Source: an uncultured Candidatus Saccharibacteria bacterium (GTDB taxonomy: Bacteria; Patescibacteriota; Minisyncoccia; Phycocordibacterales; UBA12088). From it: 64,000 nucleotides of DNA. A program made the translations under genes and the position numbers. Under the pieces are notes generated by a model. It saw only the letters and a list, made by a program, of their open reading frames with translations, was not told the origin of the DNA and made no database searches. Below are positions 1 to 8,812 of this stretch, one piece after another (position 1 is the stretch's first letter; each line of letters begins with the position of its first letter). The DNA lies in NCBI GenBank assembly GCA_964567265.1, contig CAZMLK010000001.1:523723-587722 (forward strand). The letters run 5' to 3'.

Positions 1-231
1 CCACGCGAATGGATGCGCCACATTCTCTGGCGACATGAGATTGTAGTAGACCGTGGCGTGGTCGGTGAGTCCATATTCTCGAGCCAGCGCGCGATGCACG
101 TCGCCCGGCCACGCAGCGTCCTTCGCGAGACCGAAGCTGATTTCGCGTGCGGGCAGTGGCGTAGCGCTCGTCATCCCGCCGGTTACCGCAAGAAGCAGCG
201 GCAGGATATGCAGCCAATTCGCATCGTCCAT
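1..231 (-). CDS. N-terminal fragment of a secreted or membrane protein; the CDS continues beyond the window start
   Basis: Minus-strand ATG at 231 is preceded by a GGAGGA RBS with 4 nt spacing and a TTGACA-N16-TATTGT promoter-like element. The N-terminus MDDANWLHILPLLLAVTGG is signal-peptide-like. No stop is reached before position 1. The overlapping plus ORF 13..315 has no such signals. Confidence 0.35.
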   Translation of the reverse strand, partial: MDDANWLHILPLLLAVTGGMTSATPLPAREISFGLAKDAAWPGDVHRALAREYGLTDHATVYYNLMSPENVAHPFAW

Positions 232-309
232 TTCATCCTCCGTAAGGTAGTTGTCCGTTCATCGGTGCACGGAAGCGCGCTGCAGAATGCAGCTTGCGGG
301 ATACCTATT

Positions 310-346
310 CTCTAAGTGGACAATACGTCTTTTTTTCTGAGTGTCA
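310..346 (-). promoter_or_regulatory. Sigma-70-like promoter (TTGACA -35, 16 nt spacer, TATTGT -10) reading leftwards into the partial gene at 231
   Basis: Minus-strand sequence TTGACActcagaaaaaaagacgTATTGT lies 60-80 nt upstream of the RBS and ATG at 231. Confidence 0.35.
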
Positions 347-369
347 ATATGTCTCCTGCGCGCGATCAC

Positions 370-3300
370 TTATTGTGCGGTAGTGGATGCAGTATCGTCT
401 TGGCCTGGGACAGGCGGAGATACCACAGGAGCAATTTCCTGCGGAGGCGTCGATGACGCTTCGACTGTTTCTTCCTGGGTGGTCGTCGCATCCTCGTCGG
501 GCGGTATGTCTGCAGGTATCGCAGGCGCATTCGGCTCCACGGGTGCGTGGTGGATGCCTGCATTCTCCATGAGCGTCCGGAGCTCTTCCCCAGTCACGCA
601 GACGCCGTCGATGCAGACACGCTTCCCTGCCGTAACCTCATCGGCTTCAATTTTCTTTGACTGCAGGTTATCGACGACGATGGTCTTCGCGAAGATCGTA
701 TCAAAAGTCGCCTGGAGCGCGCTTCCGGCCGCGCGAGCGCCGGATCCGAGGAGCGATGCGATCTGCTCCTGTTGATGCTTGAATGCGCCGACAAGTACCG
801 CTGCGATATCCTCATAGCGGACGCCACGCGGTGCCCCGTCCTCCTCGCGGAAGACCAATCGCCCGTCGACGACGGCCACTTCCTCGGCAATGAGACCGAC
901 ACGCTCCTCGTCCGTGCCGTTGTACTTGAAGCTGACTGGATGAAGCCGCGTCGCGAGGTCAGCCGCTTCCGCAGGCGTGAGCTCCGCGATGTCGTGCTTG
1001 AAACGTGCGGATGAGACGGTGCAGGTCTGCGCGCCCGTGTTCACGGTCACCTCCTTGTCTGACGAAAGACAGAGTGCGCTCCCGCTCGAGACCTCGGCGG
1101 TCAGACCGTCGAAACCGACCGTGCCGGTGACTGAGAGGAAACGCCAAGGACTGGTCGAGGCGATGCCGAATTTCCCGCCCGAGGTGAGTGCAGCCTTCGA
1201 GGTCTGATTCGTGATGAATCGGAGATCATGATTGGTCATCGTCCCAAGGAACGCCTGCGTGTCCTCGACGCGCATATCCATCGCTGCGCCATTGGTGGTA
1301 TCAGTGAAGCGGAAACCGGGGCTCGTCGCATCAGCTACATTCAATTTACGGTTCATCGTCGTCGTACCGATGCCGACGTTGCCGGATGAGTCGACGGTGA
1401 GGATATCACCGACCGCTGCAGCATACGTCGATTTGATGCGGAAATAATCCGCGCTCTGGCTCGTGGCGCCGGCGATCGTGAGCACGGATGCAGCCGCGTC
1501 GGTTCCGACGACATGGAGCCGTGACGTCGGAGTCGTCGTGCCGACGCCCACATTCCCCGCCGCGTAGACGAGATTCGATGAGGTTGCGATCCACTTATCA
1601 TTGTGGAGCGATTCGGAGACGACATTGTATCCGACTTTCTTGAGGGTATCCTCGCCGATGATGAAATGGTCATTGCCGCCGCCATCGGAATATGCTTGAT
1701 CAACGCCCCAGAGGACGCCGTCGACGCTGACGTAGCTCGCCTTCTCGACGCGGATGCCGACTGACGGCGCAGGCGTGCCCGTTCCATCGTCATCAACGCC
1801 CGGGATCTCGGTCATATTCTTGATGACGACCGGCGCGACGTGCGCGCTCGCCGAGCCGATGATGGCAACGCCAGCATACGGCGTCTCGCTTCCCCCGCCA
1901 TCGTTCGCGCCGTCGCGCCGGATGAGGAGCCCGGTGAAGCTGATCGTCGTTGTGCCGGTCGCGGAAATGCGGATGCCATGCCGATCGTTTCGGTCGGTCG
2001 AGAAATCAGTGAACTGGAATCCGCCATTCGAGGACGCGCCGTCGATATAGAGTCCCTCAAGCGTATTGAAGACGGCGCGCGAACTCACGACCTTCGTCTC
2101 TCCCATCGAAGTGAAATAGAAGCCGCGCTGCGCCCCGCCGACCACAAGCACGTCTTCGAGATAGGAGTCCGTAAGCGCGGTCGCGCGAACGCCGTGGAGT
2201 GCCGGGCTATAGATGGAAAGTTGCTGGACCGTGAAGCCGCGTGGATTGCCTGATCCACTGCCTTGCGCGGTCCGGAATCCGTTTCCGGATGTCTGTGAGA
2301 TATCAACGCCTTCCACCTTCCAGTCGCGCACCAAGCCCTCGAAGTAGAGGCCGTCGATCGCGGTGCCGAACGAATTGCCATCGATCGAAATATTACGGAT
2401 GCGCCCGCCGTTATTGTCCGCCGCCTGCCCCGAGATGCTCTTGTCGCGCACATGGACGATGGCAGTGCCCGAGAAGCTGGTCGTCGGCTTGATCGAGCTC
2501 CGCGGCGTCGAGGCATAGTACCAGCGCGGCGCATAGGTTCCTTGGAGCGTGACCGGCTTATCAAGAGTGATCGGCTGACTGATGCGGAATACTCCCATCG
2601 GGAACAGCACGGTGCCGCCGATCGGGCACGCGTTGATTGCCGCCATGATGGCAGCGTAGTTGTCCCTGGAGTCATCGCCGACCGCGCCATACGCTTCGAC
2701 GTTACAGACCGCACCACCGATGTCATAGAATTTTCCGGTCGTCGATGCGAGCGAGGTTCGCGCGAGCACGCTCAGTGAATGCTGGATGGTCGTCGTGCCC
2801 GCTGCTCCGCCAAAAAAAGCCGCGCCTGAGACTGAGAGCACTGACGCCGGGGAGCTCGTCCCGATACCCACGTTCCCGCTCGATCGGTACACATTCGCGC
2901 CGCTTGCGGTCCACGAACTTGAAGTCGCGGTGCCGAGCTCGGACCCGTTCCAGTACAGCGTGCCGCCCGAATTATAGAGACGATTCGTCGTATCCGATGG
3001 AGAAATGGATGAGAGCGCGAGCGCACCCTGCATGGAGGTATCGCCGGTGAAGGTCGCCTTATCGATCGTGCTTTCTGACGCGATCGTCGTCGAGACCGCG
3101 CGGACGGTCCCGGCACGGATGACCGTGAGCGCGTTCGTCGCATAAGCCTTCGCGTCAGCAATCTTTGCATCGATCGCGGATTCGGAGAGGCCTTGGAGAA
3201 TGTTGGTGACATTGGTCACGTAAGTCGGCGCAGCCTGAGAAGGCGCGGGGCGCGGCGAAGAAACGACCGGAGCATTTACCGGCTTAGGAATGGCTGGTGA

Positions 3301-3609
3301 ATGAACAGGCGCGGTTTCGGGTATTGCGACAGGTGCAGTGGTGTCAGGAATGACGGGGGGCGGGAGCGTCGCAACGGGGTCCGTCTGGACCTCCTTAGGT
3401 GGAAGAGCGGGAGTCGTATCGACGACAACAGGTTCTTCCTTGCAGAATCCAAGCGGTTTCAGAATGAAGCCGAACGTCGAGCAGAAAAAACCAGGAGTGC
3501 CGCCTTCCGCAGCGGCGATCTGGGGTACCAAGAATACCGTTACGGCAAGAACGGTTGCCGTTAAACGCAAAAGCCGAGGACTGCAGGGTCCTGTACGCAT
3601 TCCTCCCAT
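370..3609 (-). CDS. Secreted tailspike-like protein (1079 aa): Sec signal peptide, Pro/Thr-rich linker, pectate-lyase-superfamily beta-helix, three GNVGIGTTxP fibre-like repeats and a C-terminal peptidase S74 intramolecular chaperone autoprocessing domain
   Basis: The N-terminus MRTGPCSPRLLRLTATVLAVTVFLVPQIAAAEG is a signal peptide. YGAVGDDSRDNYAAIMAAINAC matches the YGAxGDGxTDDTxAIQxA motif that opens pectate-lyase-fold / tailspike beta-helices, and ISIDGN / GLYIDG are beta-helix rung motifs. The C-terminal SSARFKHDIAELTPAEAADLATRLHPVSFKYNGTDEERVGLIAEEVAVV matches the endosialidase-type S74 chaperone, including the SxxxxK Ser-Lys dyad spacing (cf SDARLK). Confidence 0.8.
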   Translation of the reverse strand: MGGMRTGPCSPRLLRLTATVLAVTVFLVPQIAAAEGGTPGFFCSTFGFILKPLGFCKEEPVVVDTTPALPPKEVQTDPVATLPPPVIPDTTAPVAIPETAPVHSPAIPKPVNAPVVSSPRPAPSQAAPTYVTNVTNILQGLSESAIDAKIADAKAYATNALTVIRAGTVRAVSTTIASESTIDKATFTGDTSMQGALALSSISPSDTTNRLYNSGGTLYWNGSELGTATSSSWTASGANVYRSSGNVGIGTSSPASVLSVSGAAFFGGAAGTTTIQHSLSVLARTSLASTTGKFYDIGGAVCNVEAYGAVGDDSRDNYAAIMAAINACPIGGTVLFPMGVFRISQPITLDKPVTLQGTYAPRWYYASTPRSSIKPTTSFSGTAIVHVRDKSISGQAADNNGGRIRNISIDGNSFGTAIDGLYFEGLVRDWKVEGVDISQTSGNGFRTAQGSGSGNPRGFTVQQLSIYSPALHGVRATALTDSYLEDVLVVGGAQRGFYFTSMGETKVVSSRAVFNTLEGLYIDGASSNGGFQFTDFSTDRNDRHGIRISATGTTTISFTGLLIRRDGANDGGGSETPYAGVAIIGSASAHVAPVVIKNMTEIPGVDDDGTGTPAPSVGIRVEKASYVSVDGVLWGVDQAYSDGGGNDHFIIGEDTLKKVGYNVVSESLHNDKWIATSSNLVYAAGNVGVGTTTPTSRLHVVGTDAAASVLTIAGATSQSADYFRIKSTYAAAVGDILTVDSSGNVGIGTTTMNRKLNVADATSPGFRFTDTTNGAAMDMRVEDTQAFLGTMTNHDLRFITNQTSKAALTSGGKFGIASTSPWRFLSVTGTVGFDGLTAEVSSGSALCLSSDKEVTVNTGAQTCTVSSARFKHDIAELTPAEAADLATRLHPVSFKYNGTDEERVGLIAEEVAVVDGRLVFREEDGAPRGVRYEDIAAVLVGAFKHQQEQIASLLGSGARAAGSALQATFDTIFAKTIVVDNLQSKKIEADEVTAGKRVCIDGVCVTGEELRTLMENAGIHHAPVEPNAPAIPADIPPDEDATTTQEETVEASSTPPQEIAPVVSPPVPGQDDTASTTAQ

Positions 3610-3646
3610 GATACCAATGCACTCGAGGAGCGTCTACGCAGGAAAA

Positions 3647-3662
3647 TGCCCTCAAGAGGGAG
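3647..3662 (-). terminator. Weak hairpin (CCCTC-TTGA-GAGGG) followed by a T-rich run, downstream of the GH130 operon
   Basis: Short inverted repeat read directly from the sequence. It is the only candidate terminator between operon end 3691 and the next gene start 3609. Confidence 0.25.
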
Positions 3663-3672
3663 AGCAATATAA

Positions 3673-4665
3673 ATGAAAAAAGTCAAAATCCTAGGAAAGC
3701 TCCTTCACGAGGTCGGCAAGCTTGATGGTCGCGACGCCGACGACGGAATCCGCGCCGCCATAATAGACATACACCATATTGTCGCGGATGACCGCGCCAC
3801 AGGGGAAGACGACGTGCGGTATCTGCCCTTCATGCTCATACTGTTCCGTTGGCTCGAAGAGCGGCGACACGGTGCGGGAAAGCACCGTGGTCGGATCCTT
3901 GAGGTCGAGAAGGACCGCGCCGACGCGATACGTCTTGTTCTTCGACACGCCGTGATAAAGGAGTATCCATCCGTGCTTGGTCTTCAAGGGCGGCGCAGCG
4001 ATGCCGACCTTCTGGCTGTCCCACATGCCGGGCCGGGGTCCGATAAGCTGGATGCAGCGCGACGCCTTGTCGATATCGAAGTTCAGCGAATTCAGGAAGT
4101 CAGCGCAGATATGCGTGCCGAGGCGATGGAGGATCATGTACTTCCCTTTCACTTTCTCCGGGAGGATGCAGGTATCCTTGTCATCGATGCCGGTCGGCGT
4201 GATCACGACCGGGCGGGACCAGTTCCACTCATGGCTCACGAAATCCTGGACAGAAATGGAGGTCGCGGCGACGACAGGCGCATGCACGCCATCGTACGCC
4301 GTGTAGCACATATAGAGCGTGTCGCCGAGACGCGTGATGCGCGGATCCTCGCATCCGGAATTCCCGTTCGGGTCACCTTTCTTCATCTCGAAATCCTCCC
4401 GCGGAACGTAGATCGGCTCATCAAGGCGCGTCGTTATCGAGAGCCCGTTCTTCGAGGTCGCGAGGCCGAGCGTCGAGGTGTTGTCCTCGGACATGGCGCG
4501 GTAGACGATGTAGACCGTGCCATCGATCTCGATCGCCGCCGGATTGAACACGGCTCGCGATTCCCAGCCATGCTGCGGGATCGGCTTCAGGGTCGGATTC
4601 TTCGGATAGCGCTTCATGTACTTGAAGCGGGTCTTGGTATTCAGATTCGCGATCAGGCTTGGTAG
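3673..4665 (+). other. Long antisense ORF opposite the GH130 gene; judged non-coding
   Basis: High-GC antisense frame fully embedded in a confidently assigned CDS. Its translation is Arg/Asp/Gly-rich and low-complexity. Confidence 0.1.
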
Positions 4666-5595
4666 CTCGACCGTCGCGCGCGCGGAGGTCGTATCCGCAG
4701 CGCCATAGTAGATATCGAGATTCTTCCCGCGCACGAGCGCGCCCGACGGGAAGATCACGTTCGGGATCTGGCCGTAGTATTCATATACTTCTTCAGGAAC
4801 CAGCAGCGGTCCCGGCGTCCGGCCGAGGATCTTCCGGGGATTCTTGAGATCAAGAAGGAGCGCCTCGACGCCCCAGACCTTGTCATTCGAGAAATAATTC
4901 TGTGCATGCGAGTAGATGAGGAGCCAGCCATCCTTGGTCTTTATGGGCGGCGCGGCCACCTCGGCCTGCTCATTATCAGAACGGCGCGGATCGATGATGT
5001 GCTTCTCTTTGTTCTTCTCCCAATTCTCCCAGAATGCAGGTGACCACAAGTCCTCGATGTTCTTGCACTCGGCGAACGCCATCTTCACGGGCGGGCGGTC
5101 GGTGTCGAGCGAGAAGATCACGACGAACTTGCCGTTGACCTTCTCGGGGAAAAGCGCCATCGCTTTCGCGTTGAACGGCGTGATGAGGTGCTTCTCTTGC
5201 ACCCTCTTCAAGTCCTTCGAGATCGCGAGCGCGACCTTGATATTGTCCGGGCCGAACGGGAAGCCGCCGAGCGCGGTATAGAAAATATAATACTTGCCGC
5301 CGATCTTGGTGACACGCGGATCCTCGCAGCCGTACCGCTCCCATGCATGCTCAGGAATGATGAACTGCTCACGGTTGTCGAACTTGACCCCATCCTTCGA
5401 GGTCGCGTGCCCGATCGTGGAGAGCGCGAGATGCACGCCTTCATACTGGTCGGCGCGCGACATCGCGCGGTAGAGCACATGCAAGGTCTTCCCTTCCATG
5501 ATCGGACTCCAATTGAAAGTCGCCAGCGCCTCCCACGGATGCTCGGCAAGCGGGCGGAGGAGCGGATTGTGCGGATCTCGTTTGATGATAAACAT
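3691..5595 (-). CDS. Glycoside hydrolase family 130 protein with two complete GH130 (DUF377, 5-bladed beta-propeller) domains fused in tandem; probable beta-mannoside phosphorylase or mannosidase
   Basis: 634 aa. Both halves carry GH130 hallmarks (NPxxxxxxxWExxAxFNxAA, GxxxLLYRAxS, GCEDPRIT, YYGAAD, IYPCG-like). The second copy starts near residue 320 (KNPTLKPIPQHGWESRAVFNPAAI). Confidence 0.85.
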   Translation of the reverse strand: MFIIKRDPHNPLLRPLAEHPWEALATFNWSPIMEGKTLHVLYRAMSRADQYEGVHLALSTIGHATSKDGVKFDNREQFIIPEHAWERYGCEDPRVTKIGGKYYIFYTALGGFPFGPDNIKVALAISKDLKRVQEKHLITPFNAKAMALFPEKVNGKFVVIFSLDTDRPPVKMAFAECKNIEDLWSPAFWENWEKNKEKHIIDPRRSDNEQAEVAAPPIKTKDGWLLIYSHAQNYFSNDKVWGVEALLLDLKNPRKILGRTPGPLLVPEEVYEYYGQIPNVIFPSGALVRGKNLDIYYGAADTTSARATVELPSLIANLNTKTRFKYMKRYPKNPTLKPIPQHGWESRAVFNPAAIEIDGTVYIVYRAMSEDNTSTLGLATSKNGLSITTRLDEPIYVPREDFEMKKGDPNGNSGCEDPRITRLGDTLYMCYTAYDGVHAPVVAATSISVQDFVSHEWNWSRPVVITPTGIDDKDTCILPEKVKGKYMILHRLGTHICADFLNSLNFDIDKASRCIQLIGPRPGMWDSQKVGIAAPPLKTKHGWILLYHGVSKNKTYRVGAVLLDLKDPTTVLSRTVSPLFEPTEQYEHEGQIPHVVFPCGAVIRDNMVYVYYGGADSVVGVATIKLADLVKELS

Positions 5596-5614
5596 ATGCG
5601 TGTCGCGTTGTTAC

Positions 5615-7429
5615 TTATTTTACAACTACTTTTTCCGGCTGGAGCGATACGAGGCTGTCCTTCTTGATGTTGTCCACGAACGCATCGAGCGGCGTATGCG
5701 CGACGCAGGTCACCATGTCTGCTCCGCCATAATAGATGTACAGCTCTCCCTTGATGACCGCAGCCCCGCATGGATAAATCACTCCCCATTTGTGGCCATG
5801 GTTCTCGTACTCGGCATCCGGGACCGCGATCGGCAGGCGCGCGCGATAGAGCACCTTGGTCGGATCCTCAAGGTCAAGGATCATGGCACCCATCTTGTAG
5901 CGTCCAGGATCACGATCGTCGACGCCTTGGTAGATCACGAGCCAGCCCGCTTCCGTTTTTATCGGCGGAGGTCCGACGCCCAGCTTGCGGCTGTCCCAGA
6001 ACGACGGGCGCGGCTTGATCTTGTGTTCGCCGGTCAGCCACCGCTTCCCTTTGAATTCAAGATCTGGCACGAAGTCGATGAGCATGTTCGGGAAGATGCG
6101 ATGGAAGAGCACGTACTGCCCGTTGATCTTCTCGGGAAACAGAGCGGCATTCTTGTTGACCTGGTGCGGCCGCGAAATCAGCAAGGGTTGCTTCCACTTC
6201 CAGTTTCCTGCCTTGAAATTATTGAAATCGATCGACGTGATGGCGACGCGCGGCGCCTCCCAGCCGTTGTACGCGACGTAGGTCATGTACACCTTGCCGT
6301 CGATGAGCGTGATCCGCGGATCCTCGCAGCCGCCCCAGCCGCCGCCCGAGGTGTATTCTTGCGTGTGCTGCCACGGGAGGGTTTCCGTACCCTCAGAAGG
6401 CGTCCTGGCTGCATATATAGGATAGGTAAGGCGGTCCGTAAACGAGAGGCCGTCAACCGACGTCGCGTAGCCAACCGTCGACATCCCGTCGTGCCCGATG
6501 GCGCGATAGAGGAGATGCACCTGCTCGCCATCGAAAAGCGCCGCAGGATTGAAGGTCGCGACTGATTCCCAGTGGCTGTCCGCATCCGGACTGAGGACCG
6601 GATTGAGATGGTGCGGCTTCTTGAGGTACGCATCGCCGACCGCGAGCGGATGCTTGAATGGCTCCGGGATCGCGACGGTGTGTATCTCTTTGGCTGCATC
6701 AATCCAGTAGAGTCGGATATCTTCGCCGATGAGGACCGCGCCGAGTGCCTCCGCGATCGTGTCCTTCATGTGTTCCTCGAAAAGGAACGACTCGCCGCTC
6801 CAGATGAGACGCTTCGGATCATCGGAAGCGAAGAGGAATCCTTCGATACGGAGAAGTGTCCCTCCCGCATCGGCCTTCGAGCGGTCCATGAGCACGAGGA
6901 TGCCGGCCGGCGTCGCGAGCGCTCCCCAAATCTTCCCGCCGACGATGCTTGTCCGCGTCTTCTTCCATTTCTTGAAATCCTTGGTTTCCGCGATGGTGAG
7001 GGTATCATCGCCGATGTAGAGCGCGTGGTGATCATGGGCGAAGATGCCCGGCGCCAGCACTGCGGAAGACACGTTTTCCGCGATCTTCCCTTTCACGCAC
7101 CACGAAGACAGGTCTTTCGAGATGGACCCGACAAGCTCGGACTTCTTCCCTTTCGTACGGACGTATGATGCGAAGGCGCCTTCCGGGACCGGAGTCACAT
7201 GCATGTGCGAGAGCGCGCTCACATCCTCAAGCGAACCGCGATCCGTGAGGAGCCGCAGCTTCTTCCGTGGCCGATCGAAGCGCACGCCTTCGCCACTCTT
7301 CTGGAGGAAGACGGCGACATCACCCTTCTTGTCAGTCTCGCGATATACGAGGAGGGCGCTTCGCCCATGTTGGCCGACGCCAAGGGGCACGTTCCCGATC
7401 GCCAGTTGTTTCCCCTTCTTCACAGGCAT
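5615..7429 (-). CDS. GH130-family protein (604 aa) with a degenerate N-terminal GH130-like half and an intact C-terminal GH130 catalytic domain
   Basis: The C-terminal 330 aa carry HLNPVLSPDADSHWESVATFNPAAL, LLYRAIGHDG, GCEDPRITLIDGKVYMTYVAYNG, IYYGGADM. The N-terminal 270 aa retain only faint GH130 patterns (ALLVYRETDKKGDVAVFLQKSGEGVRFD). A 20 bp gap separates it from the upstream gene. Confidence 0.8.
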   Translation of the reverse strand: MPVKKGKQLAIGNVPLGVGQHGRSALLVYRETDKKGDVAVFLQKSGEGVRFDRPRKKLRLLTDRGSLEDVSALSHMHVTPVPEGAFASYVRTKGKKSELVGSISKDLSSWCVKGKIAENVSSAVLAPGIFAHDHHALYIGDDTLTIAETKDFKKWKKTRTSIVGGKIWGALATPAGILVLMDRSKADAGGTLLRIEGFLFASDDPKRLIWSGESFLFEEHMKDTIAEALGAVLIGEDIRLYWIDAAKEIHTVAIPEPFKHPLAVGDAYLKKPHHLNPVLSPDADSHWESVATFNPAALFDGEQVHLLYRAIGHDGMSTVGYATSVDGLSFTDRLTYPIYAARTPSEGTETLPWQHTQEYTSGGGWGGCEDPRITLIDGKVYMTYVAYNGWEAPRVAITSIDFNNFKAGNWKWKQPLLISRPHQVNKNAALFPEKINGQYVLFHRIFPNMLIDFVPDLEFKGKRWLTGEHKIKPRPSFWDSRKLGVGPPPIKTEAGWLVIYQGVDDRDPGRYKMGAMILDLEDPTKVLYRARLPIAVPDAEYENHGHKWGVIYPCGAAVIKGELYIYYGGADMVTCVAHTPLDAFVDNIKKDSLVSLQPEKVVVK

Positions 7430-7450
7430 AGAAATAGGCGGTCGTTGCCG

Positions 7451-7792
7451 CTAAATGCGTCCGTACTTGTCTGCTAACCTGACGATATCCTTCTCATCAA
7501 AAGAGCCGAACGCGATCTCGAGAAACATTGCTCCTCCTTTCCCTGCCTTGATGCGGTGCTTCTTCTTTTTAGGTATCAGGAATTCATCTCCTGGCTTTGC
7601 GACGGTAACGACGTCGCCAATCGTGACAGTCGGCTTCCCCGAAAGGATCCGCCAGAACTCGCTCCGGCCGTTATGATATTGTAGGCTGAGCTCGCCGCCC
7701 GACTCGATGGTAATCACTTTTACGGTCGATTCCTGATTCGCCGTAAACTGTCGAAAATTCCCCCACGGGCGCTTCACTTCCTTGATTCGCAT
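7451..7792 (-). CDS. Small cupin, phosphomannose isomerase (type II PMI C-terminal cupin) family
   Basis: 113 aa. KRPWGNFRQF...SLQYHNGRSEFWRILSG resembles the cupin_2 / ManC C-terminal domain (KRPWG, HxH..E pattern). Confidence 0.65.
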   Translation of the reverse strand: MRIKEVKRPWGNFRQFTANQESTVKVITIESGGELSLQYHNGRSEFWRILSGKPTVTIGDVVTVAKPGDEFLIPKKKKHRIKAGKGGAMFLEIAFGSFDEKDIVRLADKYGRI

Positions 7793-7823
7793 ATGCTGTC
7801 AGTATAACCCCTCCGCTCGTAAA

Positions 7824-8585
7824 TTAGACAATGGCTTCTGTGAGTACCTTTTCAGTGAAGGTGCCTGTTTCCTCCGGCCCCGTGACCGGAACGGTCTCGA
7901 TGCCGGTTTCTTTCGCCGGCGCATCATTCCCGCCTTCAAAAAGCGCGTCACCGACAAACACGGCATCCGCGACCGGGATCTTGAGATACTCGAGAATCTT
8001 CCGGATGCCGTAGGCCTTATCGACACCCTTCCGCGTCACATCGATCGTGGTCGAGCCGGAAACGCGCACCTCGAAATCGGGAAGCTTCGGGACGAGGACC
8101 GCCTGGAGAGCTGCCCGTTTGGTCCGCTCTGGATCCCATGCATGCTTCTCTGAAAGCGGCGCCTGCTGGCCGAGGCCTGAGAAGGATACCTGCGAGCCGC
8201 GGTCCTCGATCTGCTCGCCGTACAATTTCGCCGGCTGCTCGAAGTTGATCTCGCCGAACGATTCATGGAATGCATCGATGATCCGCCGGCGCTCATCGGG
8301 AGTGAGGAGCTCCTCATATTCAGCGCGGAATGAATTGTGCTCCTCATCGTATATATAGAGCGCCGCGCCGCTTGTCGGCAGGAGGTAGAGGTTGTGGAGT
8401 ATCTGCCCTTGCTCCCCGAGCTTGCTTACGCACTGCTTCTCGAGCTGGTCGAAGGTCCCGCCCGTTATGATGGCAACCTTCGTCGCCGCAAGGAGATTGA
8501 GGAGGAGGTTTATAACTTTCGGTTCGAGGGGAGATTTCGAAGGTGCGAGCGTGCCGTCGAGATCGAAGATGTAGAGTTTCTTCAT
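7824..8585 (-). CDS. HAD-IIB hydrolase of the eukaryotic-type phosphomannomutase (PMM) family
   Basis: 253 aa. LYIFDLDGTLAPSKS (DxDGT catalytic motif), AIITGGTFDQLEKQ and FVGDALFEGGNDAPAKE parallel the PMM motifs (FDVDGTL, VVGGSDF.K, GDKTxxGGNDxEI). Confidence 0.8.
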   Translation of the reverse strand: MKKLYIFDLDGTLAPSKSPLEPKVINLLLNLLAATKVAIITGGTFDQLEKQCVSKLGEQGQILHNLYLLPTSGAALYIYDEEHNSFRAEYEELLTPDERRRIIDAFHESFGEINFEQPAKLYGEQIEDRGSQVSFSGLGQQAPLSEKHAWDPERTKRAALQAVLVPKLPDFEVRVSGSTTIDVTRKGVDKAYGIRKILEYLKIPVADAVFVGDALFEGGNDAPAKETGIETVPVTGPEETGTFTEKVLTEAIV

Positions 8586-8812
8586 ACAGAAGAGTATACC
8601 CCGGGAACGGACCCATGCTCCACCCTACAATCCTACAGCTCGGAACCACCCTTCCCGAACCTGTGCTGGTTGTGCAAAAATGCATTGACAGAAAACCTAT
8701 TCTGTACTACAAATAAGGGGTCAAAACGATAGGTCTGCGTAGGGAAAATTGGTTGAGTTTTCTTCAGCAGGACGCGATGTTTTGAAGATTTACTCAGCGT
8801 TATTTTGCCACT

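Noticed and set aside
13-315. Plus-strand 100 aa ORF at the left edge
   Set aside because: It has no RBS or promoter. The opposite strand has an ATG at 231 with a GGAGGA RBS, a TTGACA promoter and a signal-peptide-like N-terminus, so the minus-strand partial CDS is the better model.
3673-4665. 330 aa plus-strand ORF, and several other 100-450 aa ORFs antisense to rpoB, rpoC, smc, dnaE and GH130 genes
   Set aside because: These are high-GC antisense frames inside confidently identified genes. Their translations are Arg/Ala/Asp-rich and low-complexity with no start signals.
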